This document shows, piece after piece, positions 1 to 11,518 of a DNA stretch of 64,000 nucleotides. Each line of letters opens with the position of its first letter. The stretch's first letter is position 1. The notes beneath the pieces were generated by a model that made no database searches, was not told the DNA's origin, and was given only the letters and a program-made list of their open reading frames with translations. This DNA comes from Daphnia carinata (taxonomy: Eukaryota). Location of the stretch: assembly GCF_022539665.2 (NCBI RefSeq), contig NC_081331.1, positions 11,966,001-12,030,000 of the forward strand, in the 5' to 3' direction. The translations under genes and the position numbers were made by a program.

Positions 1-1851
1 GTCGATCTCTTTTCATCTTCTCCCCCACCCCCCTTCTTTTTTTACCATGAAACCAAAAAAACTTTTTCTCCAGTTATTGACCGTCAGACCCACAGTTCTT
101 GTGAGTTCGGTTTCTTTCTCCAAACGTCTACACATCGTGAGGTCTGCATATAAGTGTAAATATCGATTTAACTTGCAACCAAAAATCGGGTATAACAGAT
201 GGCATGGAAGCGTATCGAAGAGTGACGCAAACGTATTTTGAGCTACATTTGAAAGCAGCGAACAGGTCTGTGATGAAAAAATTTCTGACGATACCACAAA
301 ACCAGCCAGTTAGACATTTGCGAATTTTCACGGGAATACGATTCGTTGCTCGGTGCTGTTCGTGTGACCATTTGTGTTCGATTCGCGTTTTCCAGTAAAT
401 TATTTTTGCCCTTTTCTCATGTGTACATCGATAGGATATCAGCTCCAGGATTACTGGCATCCTATATCAAATTTCGGGTTTCTTTTTATGTTCCATCTTC
501 CCTTAGGCTTGCCAATATCACAGACTCTTTCCCTACAGGGCAAATAAAAGATGTACCTATATTCTTAGTGTTCCATTTGGTGTCAGTCTTCTGGGCCTAT
601 CACTCGGCATTGAAAGGAGGCATAGCGATTGGTTCTTGTCTCTATCTTTTGTCATTCTTCGGGAAAAAAAAAAGAAAAACCGGGGACTGAATAGTGTATT
701 TTCAGCATAGGTTTTTTTCCATCGACACGCACAATTCGAACCAAGGGCCTTCTGGCCAACTCAAGCGAATAGGCATTGCGTACACTTGGACGAATCCACA
801 TATAACGTTGAGAACTTCAAGTAGCACACATTTGGCCGCTCTTATCAGACCACTCATTTTTTTTTCCTTAAAAAAAAAACGCGATGGAATATATTACTGT
901 CTTGGCAGTTGTTTGGCTTTGTCAACTCCGACTGTTATTCTTTTTTTGCGGTCTCTTGAAATACTGTGGGTATGCGTCAAGAGAACATTTTTCGGTCACC
1001 TCTTTACGTATGCCGTTGTGTGCCAAATATGCCGCATGCTCTTACTTTGTTGTTGTGGTGCTTTTCTCTGCGGTTCTAAGTTCATATAGTCATTCAACTA
1101 GAGGAGATCTAGCAGCTCCTTCTCCCCCTTTTTTTAAGGGCTAAGTTCTTTTTACTTGGATGAACTCTAATTCTATTTTCAGGATCGTCGTGTTTTTCTA
1201 TGTCAACAGAACAGGAGTCCAACTTGTCGTCCTTGTTTATTGTTTCGGGTGCGCCTTTTTCAGGGATAGCCTAGGCAAAACGACGCAAACACATGACTGA
1301 TTCCAAAGCTAACTTTCTCTTCGTCACTGACAATCTCATCACATTTGTAGAATGTACAAAAAGTAAAAATTTGATTCGATCCAAGACGAACAAAACAAAG
1401 AAACCAAAAAGAAAAGAGCCAACCGTTTTTTTAGACGCTATAAGAAGTCAGCACGAGAACCTGTTTGTTTTAGTTTGTTTTGTTTTGTTGTTGTTAATTT
1501 CTAATTGCTAACGGCGTATACAAAAGAAAGAAAAGCTTATAACACCATTTGCTAACGGAAATGCAAGAATGGCGTACTAAGAAACACAAGTGAGCCATTC
1601 GCTTGGGTAGCTTTCTCCGACTAGCATTAATTTGATCGCAATTGCCAAGGCAACTGACGGTGAACGTTGGCTAGTGCGGCTCAAAACTACCGCGTCGATC
1701 TTATTCGTACTTATAAGTCACTATACGATTGGACAACTAGTCCATTTTTCCTTTCTTTCCCCTTTCTTTTCAAACGATTATCTTTGGCTGCATTGTTTTC
1801 TTGTTGTGTGTGTGTTTACTAAATAGCTATTGCGAAACATGGTTATTGCAG

Positions 1852-2120
1852 ATTGATCGTGTTTTGGCCGCCACCCTGCCGATCGGCCGTTACCCTATCT
1901 GCACTCCTCGCGCCAGCCAATGGCTCGTCCTCCTGGCTTGGCTCCTGGCTTTAGCCATAGGAGCTGGCGTAACGAGCGCCGCTGGTGCCCGATTCGAGCC
2001 TTCATTGCTTCTCTGCGCTCCAGGACTGCCGCAGGAGTTTGGCATCACTCTCATCTCGCTCTACTGTTCGGCTTTCGCTTCGATGGTCGTCGGCTACGTC
2101 GTTCTGATTATCGCTGTCGG
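1852..2120 (+). CDS. GPCR exon (TM3 end-TM5)
   Basis: ttgcag|ATTGATCGT ... GTCGG|gtaaga; lies within ORF 1801..2124. Confidence 0.8.
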
Positions 2121-4666
2121 GTAAGAGCTTTTCGTAACTCGAGTTCTTCTTTCTTCGGTGCAACTAAAAAAAGGCGTTGAGGCCATAGATTACGAGCCTC
2201 TGGGCTCATACTACGCATGCAGACGTTTATATGACTGTCCCCATCCATTGCAGTATAGACAGAATGGATAGGGAGCGTTAGGTACCGAAAACATTGGGAT
2301 CCAAATAGATGTGAGGGAAAATATAAGGAGCAGGAAAGTAGTAGACTAGGATAAGTCCGTCCTACTGGCATGGGTCATTGAAACCAGACCAGATCCGACC
2401 TGCTCCATGTTCATTTTCTTATCATAAAATATTCAGCATTCTGCGGCGAAGATTGACAGACCGGGAAAGCCATCTTGCGCAACGACAATCAACCGACTTC
2501 TGCGGCTTATATTCTGACACAGTCACTAGGGATTCCCGAAGCTGATTCCACTAGAAAAGCCACAGCTACGTTTGTACGTAGTACATAAGGTTACTCTTGC
2601 TTGTGTACATGGTTATGCCAACGATGTCCAATATCGACCATATCCATCCGAATCAAACCTAGTGAGCTGATGGAAACCCTAACCGAAACTTAAATTGTCA
2701 AACTGAACTACTAGATAGTTTCATGTTGCGTAGTATTTCATACACGTGAGTTGTACGAAAACTTACGGGGATCACGAACCGTTAACAATCAAGCAAGCGT
2801 TGTGTTTCGTCATCTTCCGGCAGGAGGGTGAGGGGAAACTTACGTTTAAAAAAAAAAGATATAAATATCAATCACCAGACTAGTTAAAAAGTTGGATAAG
2901 GAATAGCACGTTTGGTAGGATTGAGCTAGGGTATTGTATGCATGCAGTTCATTCAATAGCACGGGGTGACTGGCGGAAGAGAGCAACGAATTCAAACTGG
3001 AGAAGAGCAAAATTGGATGCCTACTTGAGAAATAAGTAGAGCAGATGAATTGAACATTTGTCAAATCGGATCCACAACATCCATCCAAACAATAGAACCA
3101 TTTTTAGCTGAGCCGTTCGTAAGCATAGTGGACTTGCTAACCGGTCCAAGAAAAGACGTCAACGGGACTAACAATCTGGTTCATCTCTTGGGCTAGTGCG
3201 TCCCGCAGTAAGTCCGTCTTTTATAACATTTAAAATTGGGACTTTGCCCTTGTTGTTGGTGCGCCTTTTGTGCCAACACCATGGCAACCGAGAGAACGCG
3301 ACGAGTAAAGGCGCCTACTAGTAAACTTGTTCGCTTTGCAGTCCGCACTTCTAATGAGCTTCTCTCATCGGGCGCTTTTGTTTGCTACCAGCGAATCAAT
3401 AAGAATATACAGTATCCGGCTACAGGACTTTGGGTCTGCGACGCAAAAGTTCTTCGCATATTGAACCTAGATCGAGAGAAACATCTTCGGATTTTTTCTT
3501 TGTTAATAAAGACGCACGAAAGTCCGCCTTTGATTATTCCTCTTTTTTTTTTATCTTCAACAAGGACAATGAATCTAACGAAGCATTTCGTTCCGCTTCC
3601 TCTCCCCCTTTAGATTCTCCTCTATGCATTTGATTGAACCTTTTTGTTCTTTTAAGTCAACAGTAGAAACTTAGCTGTTTAACAGCTGATGTTTTCGCCT
3701 GAAAACGTGTCGAGGTAAACAAAACATAAAATTGCTCAACTATGTCGAGGACATCGGCATCCAGGCGATTTTTATTCATCTCAAGGGGATGCATAGGAGA
3801 GCAACATCAATCGGCCGCTAAGCAATAGGGGCTCCCCTGTCGAAAAGCCTTCCGTCCACACTGATGGCCTTCACATGAGACGCGCGTTCGTTTATGCGTG
3901 CAGTTAAGTTTTTGATGAGGTTGGCGAATGGTACGCTACAAGATCCTTGATAATTCCAACACAGTGGAATGGTGGCGGAGGTAATATATACTTTTACGTA
4001 TATTGTAAATTAGAAGCTGCAATATCCGTCGAACGAAGAGGCCTTTACAGATAAGATGTTTTTCCGCGAAGGCTATATGTTTCAAAGGGTGCTTTATAAG
4101 GAGAAGAAAATGGGGGTATGGTGTGGGTCATTATCGTCCATCTGTTTGTATCCTCTGAATCGGATGATATTAAATTGGTGCCACAATGTTGCACTTTCGC
4201 TTCGCTGCTGCAGGCGAAAGAAATCGAAGAACAAAGCGGAGCAGCAGTCGGAGGAGGAGGTGACGGAGGAGCCGCACCATTTGGAACACGACTCGCCTGG
4301 TAGCAGCAACTCCAAGAGCTCATCGACCCAACAACAACAGAGTGGCGCTAATTTGCGTTCAGCCGCCACTTCGCTTATCGTTACCGCCAGCCATTTGCTA
4401 TTGTACCTGCCTGCGCTCCTATTGCTTGGTCTTCAGGTAAAATCCATTATTTCGTTGTTGTTCGATTGCCTGCAAGTAAGACCCGCTTTTGTTTCCAACT
4501 GGGACTAAAATAGGGTACAGTGGTGAATCCGGTGGCTGCTGCCCTTTGCGCTCTCATTGTCTACTCTGAATTCCTCATCCATCCGATGGTGCTGCTCTCA
4601 ACGTCGCGACGGATGCGCCAAGAAGTCCTTCGAACTCTCAAACGCCACTCGCCCTGTTGTTGCTGA
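1852..4666 (+). CDS. Divergent class A (rhodopsin-like) GPCR, 5'-partial; join(1852..2120,4214..4436,4514..4666)
   Basis: Three exons with canonical AG/GT ends and consistent phases (0/2/0). The translation gives the TM3 end IDRVLAATLPIGRYP (DRY-like), TM4 WLVLLAWLLALAIG, an ECL2 Cys, TM5, a polar ICL3, TM6 LIVTASHLLLYLPALLLLG, TM7 LIVYSEFLIHPMVLL, a helix-8-like SRRMRQEVLRTL and terminal CCC-stop. TM1-2 exons were not found in the window. Confidence 0.8.
4214..4436 (+). CDS. GPCR exon (ICL3-TM6)
   Basis: ctgcag|GCGAAAG ... CTTCAG|gtaaaa; lies within ORF 4056..4508; phase matches the previous exon. Confidence 0.75.
4514..4666 (+). CDS. GPCR last exon (TM7, helix 8, CCC tail)
   Basis: aatag|GGTACAGTG ... 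TGTTGTTGCTGA, encoding GTVVNPVAAALCALIVYSEFLIHPMVLLSTSRRMRQEVLRTLKRHSPCCC*; ATTAAA at 4745-4750. Confidence 0.75.
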   Translation, partial: GTVVNPVAAALCALIVYSEFLIHPMVLLSTSRRMRQEVLRTLKRHSPCCC

Positions 4667-6106
4667 TTTTTAGAGATACTCGGGAAACGGAAGTCCAGCG
4701 TCCGATACTAGACGTTTGTACAATTATGTCTCTTTCTATCAGTCATTAAAGTTACAAGTGGTATTCTCTCCCTTTTTTTTTTTGTAAAACGAGTACTATT
4801 CAATGGACATCGTTGTTTTGATCTAGCCTCTAACGATCTCATATCACCTTTCTCGTCATGTGTTCTACGTTTTCGTATTAACCTAGACGCATGTACAACC
4901 TTGTGGTCTACATGACATAGCGTCCTTCTGACAACGCGATTATATTTAATATAATTTTATTAACCTACACAACACAGCGCATTGGGTCGCATTTAATCGT
5001 CATTAACGCTCGGTCATATACAACTAGCGATGCTTTGGTACGGATATTCCTTCTTCTGGATCTACGATTTCGTGCATAATCTTCCATTCGACCATCTGAA
5101 TTCTGACGTATAGTGCAGCTTCAGCATTCTTGTGAATAGCGTTTCAACAATTGAGTTCCTTTTATGTAATTTGGCGGTAAGTCGTGACGTTGAATTCGAA
5201 TAGAAAAAATATTGTTGGATAGATTTTCTTTTGAAAAGTGTCATAGCCTAAAACGAAATCTTTTACGCATACCATGATCTAAATATAGGCTGCGCAATAT
5301 CTTAATATTATTTTGACATACACAGTTGAGCTGTAAGAAGAAGAAAGAGGCCACGAGTACATTGCGTCAGTATAATGAATAGGCCCTAAGTCGAATGCCG
5401 CATTTTTTTTTTCTTTTCTTCCTTCCTTAAATTCTTGTCCTCTCCTATCATCCCTCTTCCTAACACCCAGTGCCCCCATTTCAATTTTCAGATTGCTATT
5501 ATATGCGAAAGCTTCTTGTAAACGTGGGCAACAGAAATGTGAGGCTTGTCGATTGATTTTCAGTTTGTTATTTTGGGTGTGTTGCCAATGTTGTAATCGA
5601 CCCATCCCTTTTCTTGGACTAAGGCATCACCCGTCCACTTATCAACGTCTCTTCTCAACGAACTCTAGCAAATCGATCCGGCACACCATTAAAAAACAAC
5701 AAGAATTAACACAGTGTTGTAACCAACCACAACTAGAGGTACAACAATACGGCAACATAATTGGGAAAAACAAATTAAATTTAAAAAAACGAAAATGGTG
5801 CGACTGTAAACCAATTCGAAAATTGTACATACAAGTAAATACTTCGTTCTTCTGGATTGATATCTGATGGTTGTTTACAATCTATTATACATACGGATCG
5901 ACATTACGGAACGTCATTTCGCCCATTTTTATATGGACAACTCCTGTTTTCTGATTTACCATTTACTTCAGTAATTTTATAGAGAGCCTGCATTACCATC
6001 TAGTGACAATCCAGTTTCCAGTAATTAAGGTAAAATCCATTTGAGATTGAGGGTTAAGTTTAATCGATTTCCAAGTCAAATTTGTACGCCCAAGTCTATG
6101 CAAAAA

Positions 6107-6148
6107 AAAAAGTCGGGCTTAAAAAGTCGGGCTTAAAAAGTCGGGTTT
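6107..6148. repeat. 14-bp tandem repeat x3 (AAAAAGTCGGGCTT)
   Basis: Copies at 6107, 6121 and 6135 (the last has one mismatch). Confidence 0.9.
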
Positions 6149-6822
6149 AAATTCTTGCTCCTTTCGTTTTTTTAATATTTAATATGTCAAACTATGAATG
6201 ATTTTAATCCGAAATCAAACGAGGATCACGAAAATGAATTTGGTTTTAATTTCAAAGCTATAGTTTTTGAGTTATTCGTGCCCAAAGTTGTTACGTTAAA
6301 ACCACTTCTATTTTGCTAAAATCACGTGGTCACGTGATTAACGCAAAAACTAGTCACGTATTCTGAATCGCGATTGATTTTGATTTTAGCAGTAGGTTTC
6401 ATCGAATACCAAGGCAGAATTTTAATCGTACTTTGTTCTTTAAGGAGGGGATTGGGTTCAAGCTTGGTTTCTAATTGGGTGGTGCCTTAATTGGACTGGG
6501 AGGAAGATTGTCTCTAGATGTTTGCATGCGATCTCTATAAAATTACCGAAATAAATAGTAAACCAGAGAACAAGAAAGTGTAAATAAAAAAAGCGGATCA
6601 AACGGCATTCCGTAATTCATAAGTCTCATGAATTTGTTCCCCCTAAGAATTTCTTCACAAACTGGTCAACACGTTGGTATAAAACGGTCAGCATGTATAG
6701 AACTTATCTTTGTAACATGAACACCTCCTTAAAACTACTCTTCATCATAATACGATTATACAATAAAATCTATACTATCTGTACTAAAAAGTGGCGTTAT
6801 GGATAAAAACTGTGGGGCGGAG

Positions 6823-7251
6823 GACGGGCAGAGGCAGTAAGTTGTCTGACGGCCAACTACTGTGGACATTTTGGCGGGCAGTAAGGAGATCGACGGGCAG
6901 AAGCAACGAGTGGGTGGAGGGCAACTACAGTGGGCATTTTAACAGGCAGATACTGCAAGTAAAGGACGGGCAAATACAAAAAAAAAGTCAATGGTTTCCC
7001 AGTGGGTTGACGGGCAGAGATATGGGGAGGTGGATGGGCAAAGGCAGCAAAATGGTCTTCGACAAACGAGTGATTCGACGGGCAGAGAGCTGACAGAGAG
7101 TACAAGATGTTAGACGGGCAGAGGCAACGGGCGCGGTGGCAGGTAACTACAACAGGCGTTTTGATGGGCAGAGACAGCGAGAGGGCCTACAGCAAAGAAA
7201 GGAAGTGTCTTGATGTGAAAAAAAAACTTAAGATTAGACGGGCAAAATATC
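6823..7251 (+). repeat. Degenerate direct-repeat array (GAYGGGCAR core plus an AACTAC..CATTTT unit)
   Basis: Cores at about 6823, 6892, 6965, 7009, 7033, 7077, 7113, 7162 and 7237; the second unit at about 6855, 6923 and 7145. Confidence 0.75.
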
Positions 7252-7524
7252 GGCGTGGACCGATTGGCAGATTAGAATTAAGAAAAAAAAGCGTTAAAAT
7301 ACGCTAGCGTCACCTAATCCCGGCCCTGGACGGACCCAAAATTACTAATGCGTTGCTAAATGCACCAAAAAAATATTTAAATAATGTAACACCAAAGATT
7401 AGAACCCATGAAATCAGCATGGATGCCGTGCATCATGCCACAACACTATCAATTCACTTACACCTATTATGTGCATAAGCCTATTTGAACGAATGACACC
7501 CAAAGCTAAATTTGGTTGGGATGT

Positions 7525-7597
7525 GCGGTCCTGGCACAGAGGTTATCACCCTCGTTTTGTAATCTGTAGTCCTCGGGTTCAAGTCCCGTCACCGCCA
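7525..7597 (+). pseudogene. tRNA-like pseudogene or tRNA-derived SINE head (TGT in the anticodon position)
   Basis: A-box TGGCACAGAGG (7532), B-box GGTTCAAGTCC (7576), T-arm CGGG/CCCG, acceptor remnant GCGGT/ACCGC and tRNA-like spacing. The anticodon stem does not pair. Confidence 0.6.
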
Positions 7598-9047
7598 ACT
7601 TTCCTCCAAGCCCCCTCCCATCCTCCCTCCATCTCCTCCCACCCACCCACCCTGTCATCATTGAAGATTCATCTCATCGGATTACTAAAAGATTTTCATC
7701 GCTTCGGACATCTTCTACACAAAATGGATAGAAGAAACCTTCAAGAAAGAAGAGAAAAAAGAAGACTACTATAAAGGGGCTAAATGGCACTACACTAAAA
7801 AAACACACACATACACCTACACGACAATACAGACGTTTCACATCGATCTGTAGTATCGTTCACTACACGTTAAAGATCGACTCACAAACTGAAGGTAGAG
7901 AAGAGGTGATCATAGAACGTAGGTTGTTCGTAAGCCTCCCCATGGCCACTAGGTTCATGGATGCTGGCAGCTTATCATCGGGATATGTGAACCTCTTCGA
8001 TACCCGTAAGTTTTTGTTAAATAATTAACAGTAGCAGGATAAATTTTCGTTATATAAGCGGCGACGTTTAAATATTCTCTGTGTTACAATTCTTAGTGAT
8101 GTAAAGGAGAAAGACTTTAAGTTTAAAGTTTAACTCGAAAATTTTCGTCGATTCTCACGGGCTAGGTGACGGAGGGCAGCCAGCCCGCCAACGTGCATGC
8201 ACGTTGCTAGGGTCTGTTCGGCATTTCGGAGATTGTATGGCTTAGATACTGAATTAGAATAGAAACACATGAAAAACAAGTTCCTCAATCGATGAAAAAC
8301 AGCTGATCTAGCAGGCCCCATACATCTTCATATTGTCTCATCTCCGTCGATGTTATTGAACGCGATGCAGAGTGTGGGCGTCGGTCACACCCACCAGTCC
8401 CCATCAATGCGCATCGTGAAAACTCACTCTCGGGATGTCTCCAAGCGACGCGGAAGTATACGCAGACATCTCTGCAGCTGCTCTCTTCCCTGTACTAGAC
8501 TTCAGAATTGATGAAACAAAATCGGGAAAAAAAAGAATGATAACACATCACTGTCGTCTTTGGATACAAATGCTTATGCGGCCTTGGCTAACCCTCTATA
8601 AGTAATTTTAAATTAAGTCTGCAAACACAAAAGCGCCATTGAAAAGGACTTGGATGCAGAATACCTCTATAAAGGTTGTTTATAGGAAAAAAAGATGGAA
8701 ATCTGTAAATAAATGCTTGCAATTTTGATAAATCTCGAATATCCGTTGGCACGCATCGCATCACGTTACTCCTTGAATCCTCAAGACAACGGTACTAAAA
8801 GAGAATTTGACAAGTTACTATACAAGGCAATTACCATAAGAAACAATTGTGAGAATAAGTAACTGTGTGAAGATGAAGTGGCATACTAGAGCCATTAGTA
8901 TTTATAATGCAAATCACAATGTACACAGGAGAGAAATGAGGCTCTCTTTGAATAAATCATGGTTTTCTCAAGTGTGAGTAAAACCTTTGGGAAGGATTAG
9001 ACAGGTATTCAAGGCATTTTATTAAAAGTTAATGTATGTTTATAGCT

Positions 9048-9395
9048 CTATTGTCTTAGAGCAGCCAATCGACGAGAGAGCTGGTCGTCGTTTGCACTAG
9101 AAGCAACAGAGGATGGTGTTCCAATCGCCGACGGTATGGATCCAGCATTAGCCAACTGATCTGTGATCTCAAGCCCAGCTTCATCAGCAACTTGTTGTAT
9201 CAAAAGATCTACTTGATCCCTGGGAGTTGACAAAGTTGTGGCTGCTCCCATTGCATCTTCCATAACGGAAGTTCTGACATCCATGTCTTCAAACTGGCTT
9301 TCAAATTTCTCCATTACATTAGAAATTTTTTGGAGATCCATTGAATTCACTGCTTTATCTAATGCTTTTACTACCATTCCCATGTTCTTTGCAAC
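9048..9395 (-). CDS. CHMP1A: CHMP1A coding exon 3
   Basis: ttcag|GTTGCAAAG ... stop TAG; AATAAA on - at 9018-9023. Confidence 0.93.
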   Translation of the reverse strand, partial: VAKNMGMVVKALDKAVNSMDLQKISNVMEKFESQFEDMDVRTSVMEDAMGAATTLSTPRDQVDLLIQQVADEAGLEITDQLANAGSIPSAIGTPSSVASSANDDQLSRRLAALRQ

Positions 9396-9808
9396 CTGAA
9401 TCAACACAGAAAAAATACAAATATCATATAAATACAAAATGTAATATAAAATAGTATATTTTCATTGAAACTTACCTCTTTCATTGTGACAGCTGTTTGA
9501 ACTTTAGATCGTACAGCATCTACCTTTGAGGCCATTCTTAGGAAATTAAGAGCTTCATTTTTCTTACGAATTGCATTTTCTGCATAGATCTTGGCACCTT
9601 CCACATTACCTTGTTGCAAGGCTTTTTTAATTTTTGCTTGTTGAGCAGCTTGCTCCTTTTCTGCCTTCTTACTCAGCCTTTCCAATTGTTTTGCACAAAA
9701 CCGAAGCTGGAACACAGTATCTATATATCAAAAAAAGTTTCAAAATCACGATTAGCAACCTAAAACAAAGGAAATTAAGAAAGGATATGTAATTTCTCTA
9801 CCTTCCAT
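9048..9808 (-). CDS. CHMP1A: Charged multivesicular body protein 1A-type (ESCRT-III, Snf7 family), 199 aa; complement(join(9048..9395,9476..9720,9802..9808))
   Basis: The spliced product [26 protein letters not shown]...[42 protein letters not shown]...[13 protein letters not shown] matches CHMP1, including the C-terminal MIM1 motif. All junctions are GT-AG. Confidence 0.93.
9476..9720 (-). CDS. CHMP1A: CHMP1A coding exon 2
   Basis: tatag|ATACTGTG ... AAAGAG|gtaagt. Confidence 0.93.
9802..9808 (-). CDS. CHMP1A: CHMP1A coding exon 1 (ATGGAAG)
   Basis: ATGGAAG|gtag; phase 1 joins AT ACT GTG to give MEDTV. Confidence 0.8.
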
Positions 9809-10189
9809 GATGATTAACAATAAAGCACCGACTCACTAAATGTTACTCAATAAAAATCTTGCGAAATCGTTAAATGACAAACTGGTATTCCCTTTGCTTT
9901 CGGAACGTCGTCAGCTTTGTCAACAAGAACATACACACAAAAAACATAGCAGATGGGGCTAAAGCTGTAGACATCTGCCGGTCACGTTCAAAACCAGAGT
10001 AACTCAGTCAAGAGATCAAATTCTCTCAAACCTAACGATCGGAAGATATCGTTAAGTAATGTAGACGTCTTCCACCATGGTATAATGTGACCATCGATTT
10101 AGCATTTAACCAAGAAGGCCACGCGTACAAGATCGCTGCAAAAGTTATGAAAGAAAGATATTCAGTAGCCAAACATAAATAAGGTGAAT

Positions 10190-10195
10190 TTTATT
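10190..10195 (-). terminator. Candidate polyadenylation signal of beta-arrestin
   Basis: AATAAA on the - strand about 1.2 kb after the stop codon and before the CHMP1A promoter region. Confidence 0.45.
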
Positions 10196-11427
10196 CACCA
10201 CAAAATTTTTGTTTTTACAGACATAGTCATCGTGGTAAAAATACGAATACGAAAAGAAAAATCGTGGGGAGGGGAGGAAGAAACATCGATACAGTCAAGT
10301 GTTCGGTTTGGTTGATTCGGATACTGTTGTCTGTGGGGGGACAGGACTCGAGAATTGGCGACCTCAGCAGTTATCAGAGAAAATAAATCGGTTCATTGGA
10401 TGGTTCACAAAAGGATGACAGAAAACAAACAACAAAAAAATAAACAGGAAGTAAAGCGTCCGGTCAGACCTTTAGAAACAATTGGCTACGAAAGAGACTG
10501 AGGAGCTTTGATGACAATGTACGATTTTGGATTTCATGTACGCTCCTCTGCTTTGATAACGTTTTCTCCCGCAAGTCTGATTTTTAGTATCTTCACACGT
10601 GAAATTTCCAGAGATACGAATAAAAAAGGGTTGCAAAAGAAAGTATAAAAACTTCCCGGACATTTTCTACTTTAAAGCATGCCTTACCACGTAATTGTGG
10701 TTTGATCCTGTTTTGTCCCCAATCGTATTTTTTTTTTTACTTTTTTTTAAATAATTATAGATACATAATTGCAAAAACATTGAATAGCGCAGTTCAATAC
10801 AGAAAAGCAAGCAATTTGCTTTTGGGACGTCGAAAGAGACGCATCAGTTCAAATGTGTTGCGTGACTTTACAGTCCTCAATTGTCCAATGACTCGGATAG
10901 TCTGTAAAATCCAAAGCATACCCTGCTGCTGATGACAATCTTTCTTCTTTTTCTTTAACTTAATATATCAAAGAGGCGCAATCTGGAAACAATAGAGGTA
11001 AGACAGGGGAAACGGGGCGCGATTTGCAGCCTAACAGAAATTTCATTTCACACTGATGACATGCCCCGTTGGCAAGATCAAGTTTGACCGGCGCGGCAAA
11101 TGGATACAACTACAGCATAATCTATGACACTACAGAAATGTCGGATGTGATAAAAGAAAAGCGGGAATGAATCCAGAAGAATCAGAGGCTTGATTCTAAA
11201 GCGGTTTGTTTTCTAAAATAGAAATCTCAAGTCAGCCAAACAAGGTGATAGCCCCACCCTTACCTCCAAAAATACAATCCGGATTTAAAAGATGAAAACA
11301 AGGGGGAAAAAAATATCTTAAGATGAGCGAAAAGTCAAGCGCCAACCTCCACTATCCGTTTGCTTTTTTATGTAAATATCAGCATGGCTTTGGCTGTCAA
11401 TTGAATTAAAACACCACAAGCACATAT

Positions 11428-11518
11428 TCATGCTTCCGTTTCCCCTTTTAGTCTCAGCCGGGCAAAATCCTCGAAAACAATGTCGTCGTCCTGTTCCGGA
11501 TTACAAGCCGTCACTTCA
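11428..11518 (-). CDS. krz: beta-arrestin exon 11 (AP2-binding tail)
   Basis: [29 protein letters not shown]; tccag| acceptor. Confidence 0.92.

Larger units (their letters stand above)
6100..7700. mobile_element. Repeat-rich island, probable non-autonomous transposon/SINE relic(s); boundaries approximate
   Basis: Tandem 14-mers, an imperfect inverted repeat (6261-6277 vs 6336-6352, 15/17), about 10 dispersed GAYGGGCAR motifs and a tRNA-like head at 7525. No transposase ORF, TIR pair or TSD was identified. Confidence 0.4.

Noticed and set aside
6823..7251. CRISPR-like repeat/spacer array
   Set aside because: Repeat cores are only about 9 nt, degenerate and irregularly spaced; the context is eukaryotic and there are no cas genes.
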